Below are positions 1 to 9,255 of a DNA stretch of 64,000 bases, in pieces. The notes beneath the pieces are model-generated. The model was not told the DNA's origin. It ran no database searches and saw only the letters and a program-made list of their open reading frames with translations. The translations under genes and the position numbers were made by a program. The DNA lies in contig CAVXEP010000025.1 in assembly GCA_963760795.1 (NCBI GenBank), forward strand, positions 1 through 64,000, given 5' to 3'. This stretch comes from an uncultured delta proteobacterium. GTDB taxonomy: Bacteria > Desulfobacterota > Binatia > UBA9968. The first letter of the stretch is position 1, and each line of letters starts with the position of its first letter.

Positions 1-67
1 ACGGCGATCCTGGACGCTCTATGAGGCGCTTGTGGTAGTTCACTTTAAATCGCTGACAGGCTTCCAC

Positions 68-663
68 TCATGTTCGCTTGAGCGTTTCGACGACCTCGCC
101 AGAGTTCATCACGTAGCCCAGGAAATCGTCGATGTTGGCGAGGCTTGCGGCTTGAGCTTCGTCGGTTGCCGAATAGGTGCAGTCCCGCAGCGCCACCGTG
201 ACGATATCGCGAGACTTGGCGTCTCGCGCCAGCCACTCCACGCCCCAGTTCGTCGAACCGCCGGCGACGATCAGAATCCACACGCCTTTGACGCGCAGAA
301 GAGTTTCCAATTTGGTTTCGTGAAAGGCGCTGGACCTGACCTTGGTTACGAGTAGTCACCGGCCGCAGGCTTCAGTTCGTCAATCACTTCCGCCCCTTCC
401 GTGCCTTTGACACAAATAGGAGGCCCCGGTCGGCGCAGGTAGGGAGCGCGCTCGCTGGAAAGTCATCGCCGGATCGCTTTCTACCCTGGTATAGATCACT
501 GGAATCGGCAGGCGGTGCGCGAGATCGATGAGCGCTTTGGTTCGTTAACCACGGCCTGCATTTCGGGTTTGGAGAGCGATGCTTTGATGAAATCATTTTG
601 CATGTCGTGCAGCACCAAGGCGGTGTTTGACTGGCCGATTGGCGGCAACGGTGCACCTTTCAT
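68..663 (-). CDS. Isochorismatase/cysteine hydrolase family protein (frameshifted)
   Basis: N-term TALVLHDMQNDF (ATG 663, in ORF 496..813) and C-term TKVRSSAFHETKLETLLR...GGSTNWGVEWLARDA...VALRDC (ORF 68..310); joined by at least two frame changes. Confidence 0.75.
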
Positions 664-733
664 ATTAGTTCCTTTCTTGACAGCAAGTGGCCAGCGGAAA
701 AAATGCGAAATCCGAACTAAAAGGCTAAATTCG

Positions 734-890
734 AAATTCGAAGCACGAAATCCGAAACAAACCGCAGCCAAATAAATCAAAAACCTTAAGAAATTCCAAA
801 ACGACGAATCCACAGGGTTGTTTGGTACATTCTGGAGTTTTTCTCGTCATTTGAATTTGTTTCGAATTTCGGATTTCGTGCTTCGAATTT
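734..890. repeat. AT-rich intergenic inverted repeat
   Basis: aaattcgaagcacgaaatccgaaa (734-757) is the perfect reverse complement of tttcggatttcgtgcttcgaattt (867-890). Confidence 0.85.
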
Positions 891-967
891 TTTGTTATCC
901 CTCCTCTTGCGTTTCAACGTAGTATTCCCCACCGTCTGGATCTTCGAATCGGTAACGTTGCTCGGTA

Positions 968-1536
968 GTCAGCTTGCCTTTGCTTTCGCCAGGGCCCACT
1001 GCGCCTGGACGCCGAGATTCTCGGCCCAATGCTCGATGTAGGCAGTGTCGAGGTCGTGTCCCTGAGTTCGGACGATTCCGGCAGCATCCTCGATCTGACG
1101 TTCCGATTGGCAAGTTTCGCCCACTCTAGTTTGGATATCAGAACATCTTCGGGCGAGGCGACGAATAGGGTTGTTCCCAAAACGTTCGCCGGCGTGCGGC
1201 GATCGAATTCAAGCCGGCTAAAGTCGCGTGGTTTCCTCACGATGAAATCGATTTTCCACCCAGAGGCAAAGTCAATGACATTAAAAAGGGAAGATCGCTG
1301 GTAGGCGTCGAATGCTGCGTCGCGGTTAACATAATACTGATCTTCGGGAAAGTTTTTTAGCAGTGCTTCAAGACTCCCGGGATTTGGAGCGATGACCAAG
1401 TCGATATCTTGGGTCGCACGCGGCATTCCATGTAGTGAGCTGCGAAAGAGCCCGTCAGCATGTAAGGGATGCTCGCCGCATCGAGGAAGTTAATAATCCG
1501 ACGAATTACGTCATCAACCGTTTCGCCGGACGCCAT
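968..1536 (-). CDS. Nucleotidyltransferase-fold protein (DUF6036-like), frameshifted
   Basis: ATG 1536: ...IPYMLTGSFA / HGMPRATQDIDLVI...KIDFIV...ASPEDVLISKLEWAKL / SERQIEDAAGIV...YIEHWAENLGV; GS-x-DxD nucleotidyltransferase motif; frameshifts near 1440 and 1110. Confidence 0.75.
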
Positions 1537-1728
1537 ACAATTCCCAGGTCAGCCAGTCGCGAGTTGCCGACTCGTCGTACTCAGGACGCTTGGAACGAAT
1601 ACGAGCGCGGGCCAGGTCTCGAACGGTCTCGCTGATCTGACACGCGAGTTGCAGGCGGCGCGCTCCGCGGAGCGCGCGATGTATCCGGTTCGAACGCGGG
1701 CGGCTTCGGCTGACGTGTCTAGCGGCAT
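1514..1728 (-). CDS. Small helical partner protein of the nucleotidyltransferase (antitoxin-like), frameshifted
   Basis: MPLDTSAEAARV... / GARRLQLACQISETVRDLARARIRSKRPEYDESATRDWLTWELYG; its stop overlaps the NTase start. Confidence 0.55.
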
Positions 1729-1777
1729 GATTTCGTCACGCTAGCATGCTGAGCACGCTAAGACTAGGGAATGGGTA

Positions 1778-2000
1778 CCGGGGACAGAGCACGAATTTTC
1801 AGGAAGCCCCTTCGATCGAGGTCCTCGCTCGCCTAAGCTGAGATGCCGTATCGCTGCTGAAGACGGGATTGAGCGTACGCCCCTCTGCGTTTCATGATGT
1901 GGATAACCAGGCACCGCGAGTCTGGGAAATCCGAGTTATGGGGGAAGCGTATTAGATCACCTGCGGAGCCGTCAAGAAGAATTTAGTATTGTGTCCCCGG
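1778..2000 (-). mobile_element. Internally deleted RAYT (REP-associated tyrosine transposase) element, MITE-like
   Basis: Inverted ends ccggggaca (1778-1786) / tgtccccgg (1992-2000); minus strand encodes LAVPGYPHHETQRGVR, a degenerate RAYT N-terminal motif (PGxPHHVTQRG). Confidence 0.7.
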
Positions 2001-2102
2001 AATCATATCGCCGTGGAAATAATCGCCGGTTGCGTCGATCTCACCCGCGGTGAGTATCCTGTCGATAAACTCTTTGATGCGGGCTCTGTTGTCCTCGGAC
2101 AT
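1983..2102 (-). pseudogene. Truncated SnoaL/ester-cyclase-like cassette gene
   Basis: ggagg RBS, MSEDNRARIKEFIDRILTAGEIDATGDYFHGDM, then runs into the RAYT end and stops. Confidence 0.55.
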
Positions 2103-2134
2103 CACACCTCCTATGGTGAGATATGGATTTGGCG

Positions 2135-2216
2135 CTCTAACGTATCAGGCTGAGAGGGCGAGACCAGCGAGCGAAGCGAGCAGGTTCGAAGATCCTTCTC
2201 AAGCCGATTGTTAGGC
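2135..2216 (-). other. Integron attC site
   Basis: Minus strand R'' GCCTAAC (2216-2210) ... R' GTTAGAG (2141-2135); 82 bp imperfect palindrome with paired L boxes and a central gcgagcgaagcgagc. Confidence 0.8.
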
Positions 2217-2314
2217 GGCACTCGTCTCCGGAACACTACTATAGAGTGGAAGGGGCTACTCCCCGGTTACTGTCGTCTTTCGGATTGGTTTCGATACCCG
2301 GAGCGGCATGCTTT

Positions 2315-2933
2315 TCACGACGGCTCCCTCCAAAACTCCAATATTAGACTCTGTAACAATACGAAGACAAAAAGTAATAGACCGCCGATTGCTACGCCGC
2401 TTGCGCTAGCTCTCTCCCAATACCATTCCTGTGTTACTTCTCGCCACGACCAGTTCCAGATAGCACGTAGAAGAGGAAAGGTGTAGCCGAAAAGGAGGAG
2501 GATCACGTCTATGCAAGCTGCAAAAAGGGCAGCGACAATCGAGAAACCAAGCACAAAGTACACGGCAATCGTCTTAAGCGCCGCAAGCCACCATGGGTCA
2601 AACCTGATAAGCGGGGCCCCGGCAGGGGATCCCGTTAATGCGGCTTCAGTCCGAATCAGGTCTTTCAATAATAAGTCTAGATCCTGAACTTCTTTTCGCA
2701 ATGCTGTGCGACGATCTTCAATCTGGAGCCGTAGTTCTCGTACGGAGGTCGCTTGAACCTGTGGGAAGCGGGGATCTCTGAGACGCCGCTATCCATGCCT
2801 GGCCGATTGTTCCCAGTGCTGCTGTTGCTCCAATTGCCAGTGTTAACAGGACGCTAATCGTAGTAAACGTATGTCTATTCTGACGAATCCAGTTCAGCAT
2901 GACTTCGTTTACCTCCGGCTTAAATTCCTGCAT
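2315..2933 (-). CDS. Cassette-borne membrane protein (probably one gene, frameshift near 2750)
   Basis: ORFs 2718..2975 and 2315..2701 have overlapping open frames; several hydrophobic helices; lower GC; lies between a GTTAGGC core and attC. Confidence 0.55.
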
Positions 2934-3047
2934 CACGACTGTACCAAACCTTTCCAACAGGGAGCAGGCGGTCACTAACGTAGCTGGTCTCTATGCGTGC
3001 TCGAAATCGCGTTATAGCTAGCGCTTAAACGACTGCAGACTGGCCCC

Positions 3048-3075
3048 GCCTAACCAGTGAGTATACTGATATTAC
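3048..3075 (-). other. Putative attI-like cassette entry site
   Basis: GTTAGGCGG at 3054-3046 (minus) complements the R'' of the downstream attC; the flank is not palindromic (AGTATAC-TCACTG-GTTAGGC). Confidence 0.45.
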
Positions 3076-3320
3076 GGCTTTGAAAAATCACCGTTTGGCA
3101 AGATCTACCTTTTAGATCAACGAGTTGTCAATCAATTTTCGCGCGCGTTCGTTCCAATATACTTGCACGGCACCGGACGATGCAGGATTGAGTGGAACGA
3201 CATTGACTTGCATTCTAGAAAGTACCCGCGCTTGTGAAAGGTCTTGTCCTCACAACAGGTGACTCTTCGCATTTGAAAATGCGGTTTCCATCGCGCGGGG
3301 GAATTCTGCAATCCAAACTC

Positions 3321-4439
3321 TCAGCGCTGTAGCACGGTGTTGATGAAGTCGACGATTTCCCTTCTCATCAGCACGTACTTTTCTCTGTAAGTTTCTTGAT
3401 AGCTGACGCCTTCCTGGGGAAGCAGAATCTCCGGAATATGATCCCGTGGAACGTCGCGCCGGAGGCTCGCCAATCCCGAGGCTTTGCTCCAGGCCACCTG
3501 CCCTTCATTCGAGAGAAGATAATTCAAGTAGAGTTTCGCGGCATTGGGGTGCGGCGCATTTCTCACTGCTGAAATGGTTCCGTTGCTGGCGGTCACAAAG
3601 CCGCCCTCTTGCAGTCCCGCGCTGCCGAAAAGCTCCACCGGAAGGCCCTGCGCTTTGAGTTGAAACGTCAAGGTGCCGCTCGGGCCGAGTGCGATCGGGT
3701 AGCGTCCGCGAGCGACAAAGTCGACGATTTGCCGCTCTTCATTGGACGTAAAGATGTCCTGGGTTGTGAGCAGCTGCTTGATAAAATTTTTGCCTAAACC
3801 GAGCTTCTCGTTGGTGTACCAAAACGTGGCTATGTCCAATCCGCCGCCTGCTCGGCGCGGATCGAGCATGGCGATCTTGCCCTTCCACTCAGAATTGAGC
3901 AGATCTTTCCACGATTTGATTTTGCCCGGCGCCAACGAGTCGCGGTTGTAGACGAATGCGACCTGGACGCGGTTGCCATACACTAGATTATACTTCTCGG
4001 CGTCATCGGAGAAGTGCAGCTTCCCTGCTTTCCATTTTGACAGGTCGCGAATTTCGGGACCGACGATGAATGGTTGCATCGGCATGATGGCGTTCACCGG
4101 CGCAAGCCCTTCCAGCGCCGTCGTCGTTCCGGCAACGACCAGATCGGTTCGGTACTGCTGCGCTTTGAGCTCAGCCAATAGTTTCGGCGCCACCTGGGCG
4201 CCTTGCATGCCGTTAAAATCGACCTCGATTTCGGGATATTTTTTTTGAAACCCGAGCGTATAGGCGTCTCTGACGTCGGCGCCAGGAGGTCCGAAGACAA
4301 CCACCTTACCCTCTTTTTTGCCCGCGCCGACGATTTTTTCCCAGGCCGGATCATTAACCGACGCGCCCTGCGCGATGGCCGACGAGATATACATAAGCAC
4401 GAACAGAACAGCGCCTATAAATCGATCTCGACGGTGCAT
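3321..4439 (-). CDS. ABC transporter substrate-binding protein (Fe3+/thiamine-type fold)
   Basis: Signal peptide; WEKIVGAGKKEGKVVV, SWKDLLNSEWKGKI, NAPHPNAAKLYLNYLLSNEGQ; aggag RBS before ATG 4439. Confidence 0.85.
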   Translation of the reverse strand: MHRRDRFIGAVLFVLMYISSAIAQGASVNDPAWEKIVGAGKKEGKVVVFGPPGADVRDAYTLGFQKKYPEIEVDFNGMQGAQVAPKLLAELKAQQYRTDLVVAGTTTALEGLAPVNAIMPMQPFIVGPEIRDLSKWKAGKLHFSDDAEKYNLVYGNRVQVAFVYNRDSLAPGKIKSWKDLLNSEWKGKIAMLDPRRAGGGLDIATFWYTNEKLGLGKNFIKQLLTTQDIFTSNEERQIVDFVARGRYPIALGPSGTLTFQLKAQGLPVELFGSAGLQEGGFVTASNGTISAVRNAPHPNAAKLYLNYLLSNEGQVAWSKASGLASLRRDVPRDHIPEILLPQEGVSYQETYREKYVLMRREIVDFINTVLQR

Positions 4440-4470
4440 GTCGTTTCTCCTGGGTGGACGCAATGAGAAC

Positions 4471-4538
4471 TGGAGTAATGTAGTGGTGCAGTGATGCTTT
4501 TAAACCCAATACTCCAGCACTCCAATCCCTACACTCCC
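4471..4538. repeat. TGGAGTNN-octamer hairpin repeat, copy 1
   Basis: tggagtaatgtagtggtgcagtgatg ... caatactccagcactcca. Confidence 0.6.
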
Positions 4539-4549
4539 TGGCGCCTGCC

Positions 4550-5674
4550 TCATTTTCGATACGTCACCGGCGGCATGCGGCATGGAACGCCGGTCTTCGC
4601 CAGCTCGGCTTCGTAGATCGCGCGGACTTCCCGCGGCTCATCCTCATAATCCATCACCGTGCCGCCTTCGCTTTCAGACACGGTGGGTAAATACCGCTTG
4701 CCGACGCCGCGCTGGCCGCGGCGCAAGGCCAAATGCAGGCCAGGTTCCGCGCTGGTCGTAAAATGGGAGTGATACCAGCCCTCGGGCGGCACCAGCAGAC
4801 TGCCTTTGTGCCAGTCCACCTTAACGAACTTACCGTTTTTAGGTTTAGGCCCCTCGTTGGTATCGTATTTCGGCCACATCAGTGTGTAGCCTTTGCCGTC
4901 GAGCACGACCACCTGGGCGCCGGAGCCATGGTAATGGGGCTTTCGATAGGTGCCGCTGCCGATAGCCATGATGTGACCGACCATCGCTTTGTTACCCGAG
5001 CCGGTGATTCCAAGCCGGCTGTAGTCGACGCCGCGCCGCGGGTACTTGGTCAACGGCACGGCGTAAATGTCGGAAATGAAATTGATCGAGGTATCCTCGA
5101 ACTCCCCCTCCTTGATCTCGCTCGAAAAATAATTGTTCTGACCGGAAAACCGATCGGTGAATTCGTAGGGTGTATTGAAGATGAACTCAGGAGCAGCAAA
5201 AGCATTGAAAATAATCGGCGCATTGCTCGGCGCGACGAAGCGCACCGGCTCGGTCGCCGAGCCGTTGAAATGCTGGTGCTTGACGTTGAGCGGCGGCGAA
5301 AAAAGGCTGCCCGCTTGCCACTCAAGCAGGATGGTCTGATGGGTCTTTTCGCACCAGAACTGGGTCGCGCCGCGGCCCTCGAGGATCAGGATCAGCTCCT
5401 CATAGAGATGGCGCATGGGCTTTAGATTTTTTCCTGGCGGAATTTCGCCCACCATGGAGCCGACGAATCCTTGCGAGCCCTCGAGGTGGCAATAGGCGGC
5501 CGGACCACCCAGGCGCTCCCAGTGGCTGAGCGGGACCGTGCGTAAATCCTCCACACCATAGCCCGTGATAACCGGCAGTCCTTCGGCATCGCAAAACTCC
5601 AAGAACGGCGACTTGCGGAGAAATCTCTCCTTGGCCACGGTTTCCATGACTTCCGCAGAGTCACTGAGAGCCAT
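4550..5674 (-). CDS. Bicupin (gentisate dioxygenase-like cupin) protein
   Basis: ggagg RBS before ATG 5674; cupin motifs RHLYEELILILEGRG..PPLNVKHQHFN and PHYHGSGAQVVVLDGKG..PEGWYHSHF. Confidence 0.8.
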   Translation of the reverse strand: MALSDSAEVMETVAKERFLRKSPFLEFCDAEGLPVITGYGVEDLRTVPLSHWERLGGPAAYCHLEGSQGFVGSMVGEIPPGKNLKPMRHLYEELILILEGRGATQFWCEKTHQTILLEWQAGSLFSPPLNVKHQHFNGSATEPVRFVAPSNAPIIFNAFAAPEFIFNTPYEFTDRFSGQNNYFSSEIKEGEFEDTSINFISDIYAVPLTKYPRRGVDYSRLGITGSGNKAMVGHIMAIGSGTYRKPHYHGSGAQVVVLDGKGYTLMWPKYDTNEGPKPKNGKFVKVDWHKGSLLVPPEGWYHSHFTTSAEPGLHLALRRGQRGVGKRYLPTVSESEGGTVMDYEDEPREVRAIYEAELAKTGVPCRMPPVTYRK

Positions 5675-5695
5675 CGTGAACCTCCACAAACGGAT

Positions 5696-5780
5696 CGGAG
5701 GGTTGGAGTAACGGAGTATTGGAGTATTGCGTTTCGAACCCAACACTCCACCACTCCAAGACTCCAGCACTCCAATTCCC
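5696..5780. repeat. TGGAGTNN-octamer hairpin repeat, copy 2
   Basis: ttggagtaacggagtattggagtattg ... caacactccaccactccaagactccagcactcca. Confidence 0.75.
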
Positions 5781-5852
5781 CATCGGTCGATTGAGCGCAC
5801 TTTTCGACGATGCTCAGGGCATTCGTCATACGAGTCGTTTTTAGCTGCCTGT

Positions 5853-6446
5853 TTAGTTGTTCTTTTTTCCGGCCTGGTAATCGGGATGACGGCGCACGGC
5901 ATCGACAAATATTTCTCTCATGAAGCGGCCATAGGTGCGGTGCGGATCGCCTTTGACTCGGACTGTGTCGGGCTCGACCTTGGCGACAATGAAATGCGGA
6001 CCGCTGGTGTCGAGCGCTTGCCGAAGCGCGGCGGACAACGCTTCTTCACTGCGCACCGTTGCGGTGTTGGCGATGCCCGCGCCCTGGGCGATTTTTTCCA
6101 GATCGGTCTTGCGCGTCGTAAACGTCGAGCCCATGCGCGCGTAGGAGCCGTTATCCATGACGATCGCCACGAAATTCGCCGGATTCACGTCAGCCACGGT
6201 GATCAGGCTGCTGCTGTCGACCATCAAGCTGCCGTCGGAATCCAGAGCGATGACTTTGCGCTTGGGGAAGGCGGTCGTGAGTCCCAGCGCAAAAGGAATA
6301 CAGAGCCCCATGTTGCAACCGAAAAAGTTCGCTCCTTCGCGCCTCAAGTCGGACCAGAAGGCGGTGTTCGACGAGAGGCTGGTCACCGTCAGCATATGCT
6401 CATCGACCATGGGCGCCAAAAGTTTTAGACAATCGAAACGTTTCAT
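5853..6446 (-). CDS. TPP-dependent decarboxylase beta subunit (ComE-like), copy 2
   Basis: NMGLCIPFALGL, DSDGSLM...MDNGSY TPP-binding motif; aggag RBS. Confidence 0.8.
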   Translation of the reverse strand: MKRFDCLKLLAPMVDEHMLTVTSLSSNTAFWSDLRREGANFFGCNMGLCIPFALGLTTAFPKRKVIALDSDGSLMVDSSSLITVADVNPANFVAIVMDNGSYARMGSTFTTRKTDLEKIAQGAGIANTATVRSEEALSAALRQALDTSGPHFIVAKVEPDTVRVKGDPHRTYGRFMREIFVDAVRRHPDYQAGKKNN

Positions 6447-6470
6447 TAAAAACTCCTGAGTTAAGATTAT

Positions 6471-6584
6471 TTCTGCTGAAGATTCTTAGGAATGCTTCGA
6501 CAAGCTCAGCATGAACGGAAAATTCTTAAGAATTTTCCCGTTCGCCGAGCCCTGTCGAAGGATGAACCGAGTTTTTCAGCAGAA
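6471..6584. repeat. REP-like palindromic element
   Basis: Outer IR ttctgctgaa/ttcagcagaa enclosing cttcgacaagctcagcatgaacgg ... ccgttcgccgagccctgtcgaag. Confidence 0.75.
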
Positions 6585-6603
6585 TCAACAATTGACATCG
6601 GCA

Positions 6604-7188
6604 TTAACGACCGCCTTGATAATCCGGATGGCGGCGCACCGCGTCCATGAACCATTCTCGCATGGGCCGGCCCGAAGTGCGGCTGCGATCCGCCGACACG
6701 CGTTCCGGGTCGCGCTCGACTTTAGCGACGATGAGAGTCGGCCCGACGTTTTCCATCGCCTGTTTCGCTGCCGCAGAAAATTCCTCTAGTGTCGTGACCG
6801 TACCGGCGTTCGCGATCCCGGCGCCCTGGGCCATCTTCGCCAAGTCGGTCTTGCGCGTCGTGAACGTCGAGCCCATGAATGCGTAAGAACCGTTGTCCAT
6901 GACGAAGGCGACGAGATTGGCCGGGTTCACATCCGCCACCGTGATCAGGCTGCTGCTGTCGTTCATCAAGCTGCCGTCGGAGTCGATGGCGATGATCTTA
7001 CGCTTGGGAAAGGCCACGCTCAGCCCGAGGGCAAAAGGCAGACAGAGCCCCATATTCAAGGCGAAAAAGTTTGCGCCTTGGGGCCGGACGTTGAACCAAC
7101 ACGGCGTGTTGGTCGACAGGCTGGTGACCGCGAGCATATGCTCGTCGACCAGGGACGCCAAAAGTTTTAGACAATCGAAACGCTTCAC
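6604..7188 (-). CDS. TPP-dependent decarboxylase beta subunit (ComE-like), copy 1
   Basis: IDSDGSLMND...MDNGSY; GTG start overlaps the alpha-subunit stop. Confidence 0.8.
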   Translation of the reverse strand: MKRFDCLKLLASLVDEHMLAVTSLSTNTPCWFNVRPQGANFFALNMGLCLPFALGLSVAFPKRKIIAIDSDGSLMNDSSSLITVADVNPANLVAFVMDNGSYAFMGSTFTTRKTDLAKMAQGAGIANAGTVTTLEEFSAAAKQAMENVGPTLIVAKVERDPERVSADRSRTSGRPMREWFMDAVRRHPDYQGGR

Positions 7189-7697
7189 CAGAGCACCTCC
7201 CCGCTCAACAAGAGAACGATGGGATGGCTGTAGTCCTGGCAGGCGAAGGTGCCTTCCTGGATCATCCGTTTCAAGGTCGCTTTTTGATTGACCACGCGAT
7301 AGGGCACGCGCAACGCGCCGAGCAGCGGCTCGGCCACCTGTTTGAACATCAACAGCTGCGATCCCGGGATGCCGCTGTGATCGCCGAAGTCACCCCGGTA
7401 CGAGGCGAGAATCAGGATCGGCGCGCCATAAACCATCCCCATCTGCGACAATGCCCAGGTGCCAACCAGCAGGCCGGCGATGCCGGTCACGAAGACCACC
7501 CGACGCCCGCCCAGCGCGGCGCCGGCGCAGAAGGCAAGACCGTTTCCTTCGCCGGCCACCGTCACCGCTTGAAAGAAGGGATCCTGCCGCATCGCTTCGG
7601 TAAGCGAAAAGGTCGGCTCCTCAGGCAACGTCACGGCTAAATCGACGCCTTCCTCTTTTAATGTCTCAATGATGACTTGTACTGAATGCTGATCCAT
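7185..7697 (-). CDS. TPP-dependent decarboxylase alpha subunit (ComD-like)
   Basis: LKEEGVDLAVTLPE, VAGEGNGLAFCAGAALGG, ILILASYRGDFG; aaggagg RBS. Confidence 0.8.
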   Translation of the reverse strand: MDQHSVQVIIETLKEEGVDLAVTLPEEPTFSLTEAMRQDPFFQAVTVAGEGNGLAFCAGAALGGRRVVFVTGIAGLLVGTWALSQMGMVYGAPILILASYRGDFGDHSGIPGSQLLMFKQVAEPLLGALRVPYRVVNQKATLKRMIQEGTFACQDYSHPIVLLLSGEVLW

Positions 7698-7757
7698 CGA
7701 TCCTCCTTATGATTTAACCAACTTGGTAAAATACGTAGTCTACGGTAGTACGACCTG

Positions 7758-9154
7758 CTACTGCGCTGTTGGCTTGCCAATCCCATATCGATCCCAATCT
7801 TTGTCCACCTTCGCCATCACATCCCGCGCCGGCAGGCACACCCGAGCAAAATCCTTGGCGTCGTAGCGGGTTGCATCGATGAGAATCTTCGACGTGCGCG
7901 CCGGCCCCGCTTGTTCTTCCTTCGGCAAAGAGGGGTCTAAAAAAATCCCGGTGAGGCCGCTCATGATCTCGATGTCGCGGTGCGGCTGCACGCGCGTCGC
8001 CACCGCCCACTCGACTGCGGCGGGATTGAAGGGGTCAACATCCTCATCGACGACCGTCACCTGTTTGATATGCCGGCCGGGCGGCGAGCCGAATATTGCC
8101 AGCCCAACCATTTTGCCGTAGCCCTCATAGAGCTTGTCGATGGCCACCACCACGTGAAAGACGCCGCAGCCGCCCTCGGTGAGATGGACCGCTTTGACGC
8201 CGGCCAGAGTGATGTTGCGGAGTATTTCCGACTCTTTCCCGACCGCCGTGAGCACATCGGTCTCGTGCGGCGGCGCGCCCTGATAGGCGAGATGGAGAAT
8301 CGGCTTCTTGCGCCGAGTGAGCGCGGTCAAGTGAATGGTCGGGCGCGGCATCTTCAATCCGCCGTAATGGCCGGTGAACTCGCCGAAGGGTCCTTCTTCC
8401 GTTTTTCATCCGGCTTGAGAAATCCCTCGAGCACGAGCTCGGCGTCCGCCGGCACTTGCAGCGGCACGGTTTTGCATTGGACAACGTCAAACGGCTTGCC
8501 ACGAAGTGCCCCGGCCATCGCCAGCTCATCGGTGCCAAAGGGAAACGGACAGGAAGCCGCCATCACCAGGCGCGGATCGACGCCGATGGCAATCGCGATC
8601 GGAAACGGTTCGGTGGGCGCCTTGCGGTGCTGCAGCATGAAGTTGGTGTACGGTCCCGAGAGTATGCCGAGGGTATGCGGGCCATGCACTTGATTGCGAT
8701 AGATACCGACGTTGCGAACCCCGGTTAGCGGATCGCGGGTGTGATGACAGCACAGCGTCAGAAACGCGCCGCCGTCGAGATTGTTGAGGCGCGGCGCGGG
8801 AAGATCGAGGATGTTGATGTCATCTCCTTGGAGAATCACCTCCTGGCAAGGGCCGCTGTCGACGGCAACCGGCGGCAACGGCTGGCTCACCCGCCGATTC
8901 CACTCGCGGTGAACTTCCTGTTGCTCGCACTGCATCGCCAAGGCGTAACGCTTGCGCGAGGCCAGGGCGTTTATGAAAATCGGCATGTCCTTGCCGCCGG
9001 GGCGCTCAAACAGCAGCGCCGGGCCGCGGCCCCGCAAGCTCGTGACGCAGACCGCCCCCAGCTCCTGATCCAAGTCGACCGGCACGCGCACGCGGGCAAG
9101 CTCGCCTTCTCTGTCGAGCAGATCAATAAATTCTCGCAGGCCAGTAAACCCCAT
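7758..9154 (-). CDS. UbiD family (de)carboxylase, frameshift near 8400
   Basis: LREFIDLLDREGEL, RNVGIYR, EEGPFGEFTGHYG (across the frameshift), VVDEDVDPFN, VEWAVATR. Confidence 0.85.
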
Positions 9155-9173
9155 AGAAGCCCCCCTTAGGGAT

Positions 9174-9250
9174 TGGAGTAATGGAGTGTTGGAGTGATGG
9201 GCTCCTGATTAACCCAGTACTCCAATACTCCAGCACTCCAGTTCTCCATT
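9174..9250. repeat. TGGAGTNN-octamer hairpin repeat, copy 3
   Basis: tggagtaatggagtgttggagtgatggg ... cccagtactccaatactccagcactcca. Confidence 0.8.
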
Positions 9251-9255
9251 TCTTT

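Noticed and set aside
68-310. Isochorismatase lacking the catalytic Cys (TNWGVE)
   Set aside because: Gly at this position is common in YecD-like members, so it is not unusual
2973-3017. Second attC (cactaac...gttatag)
   Set aside because: Only about 45 bp and lacks paired L boxes
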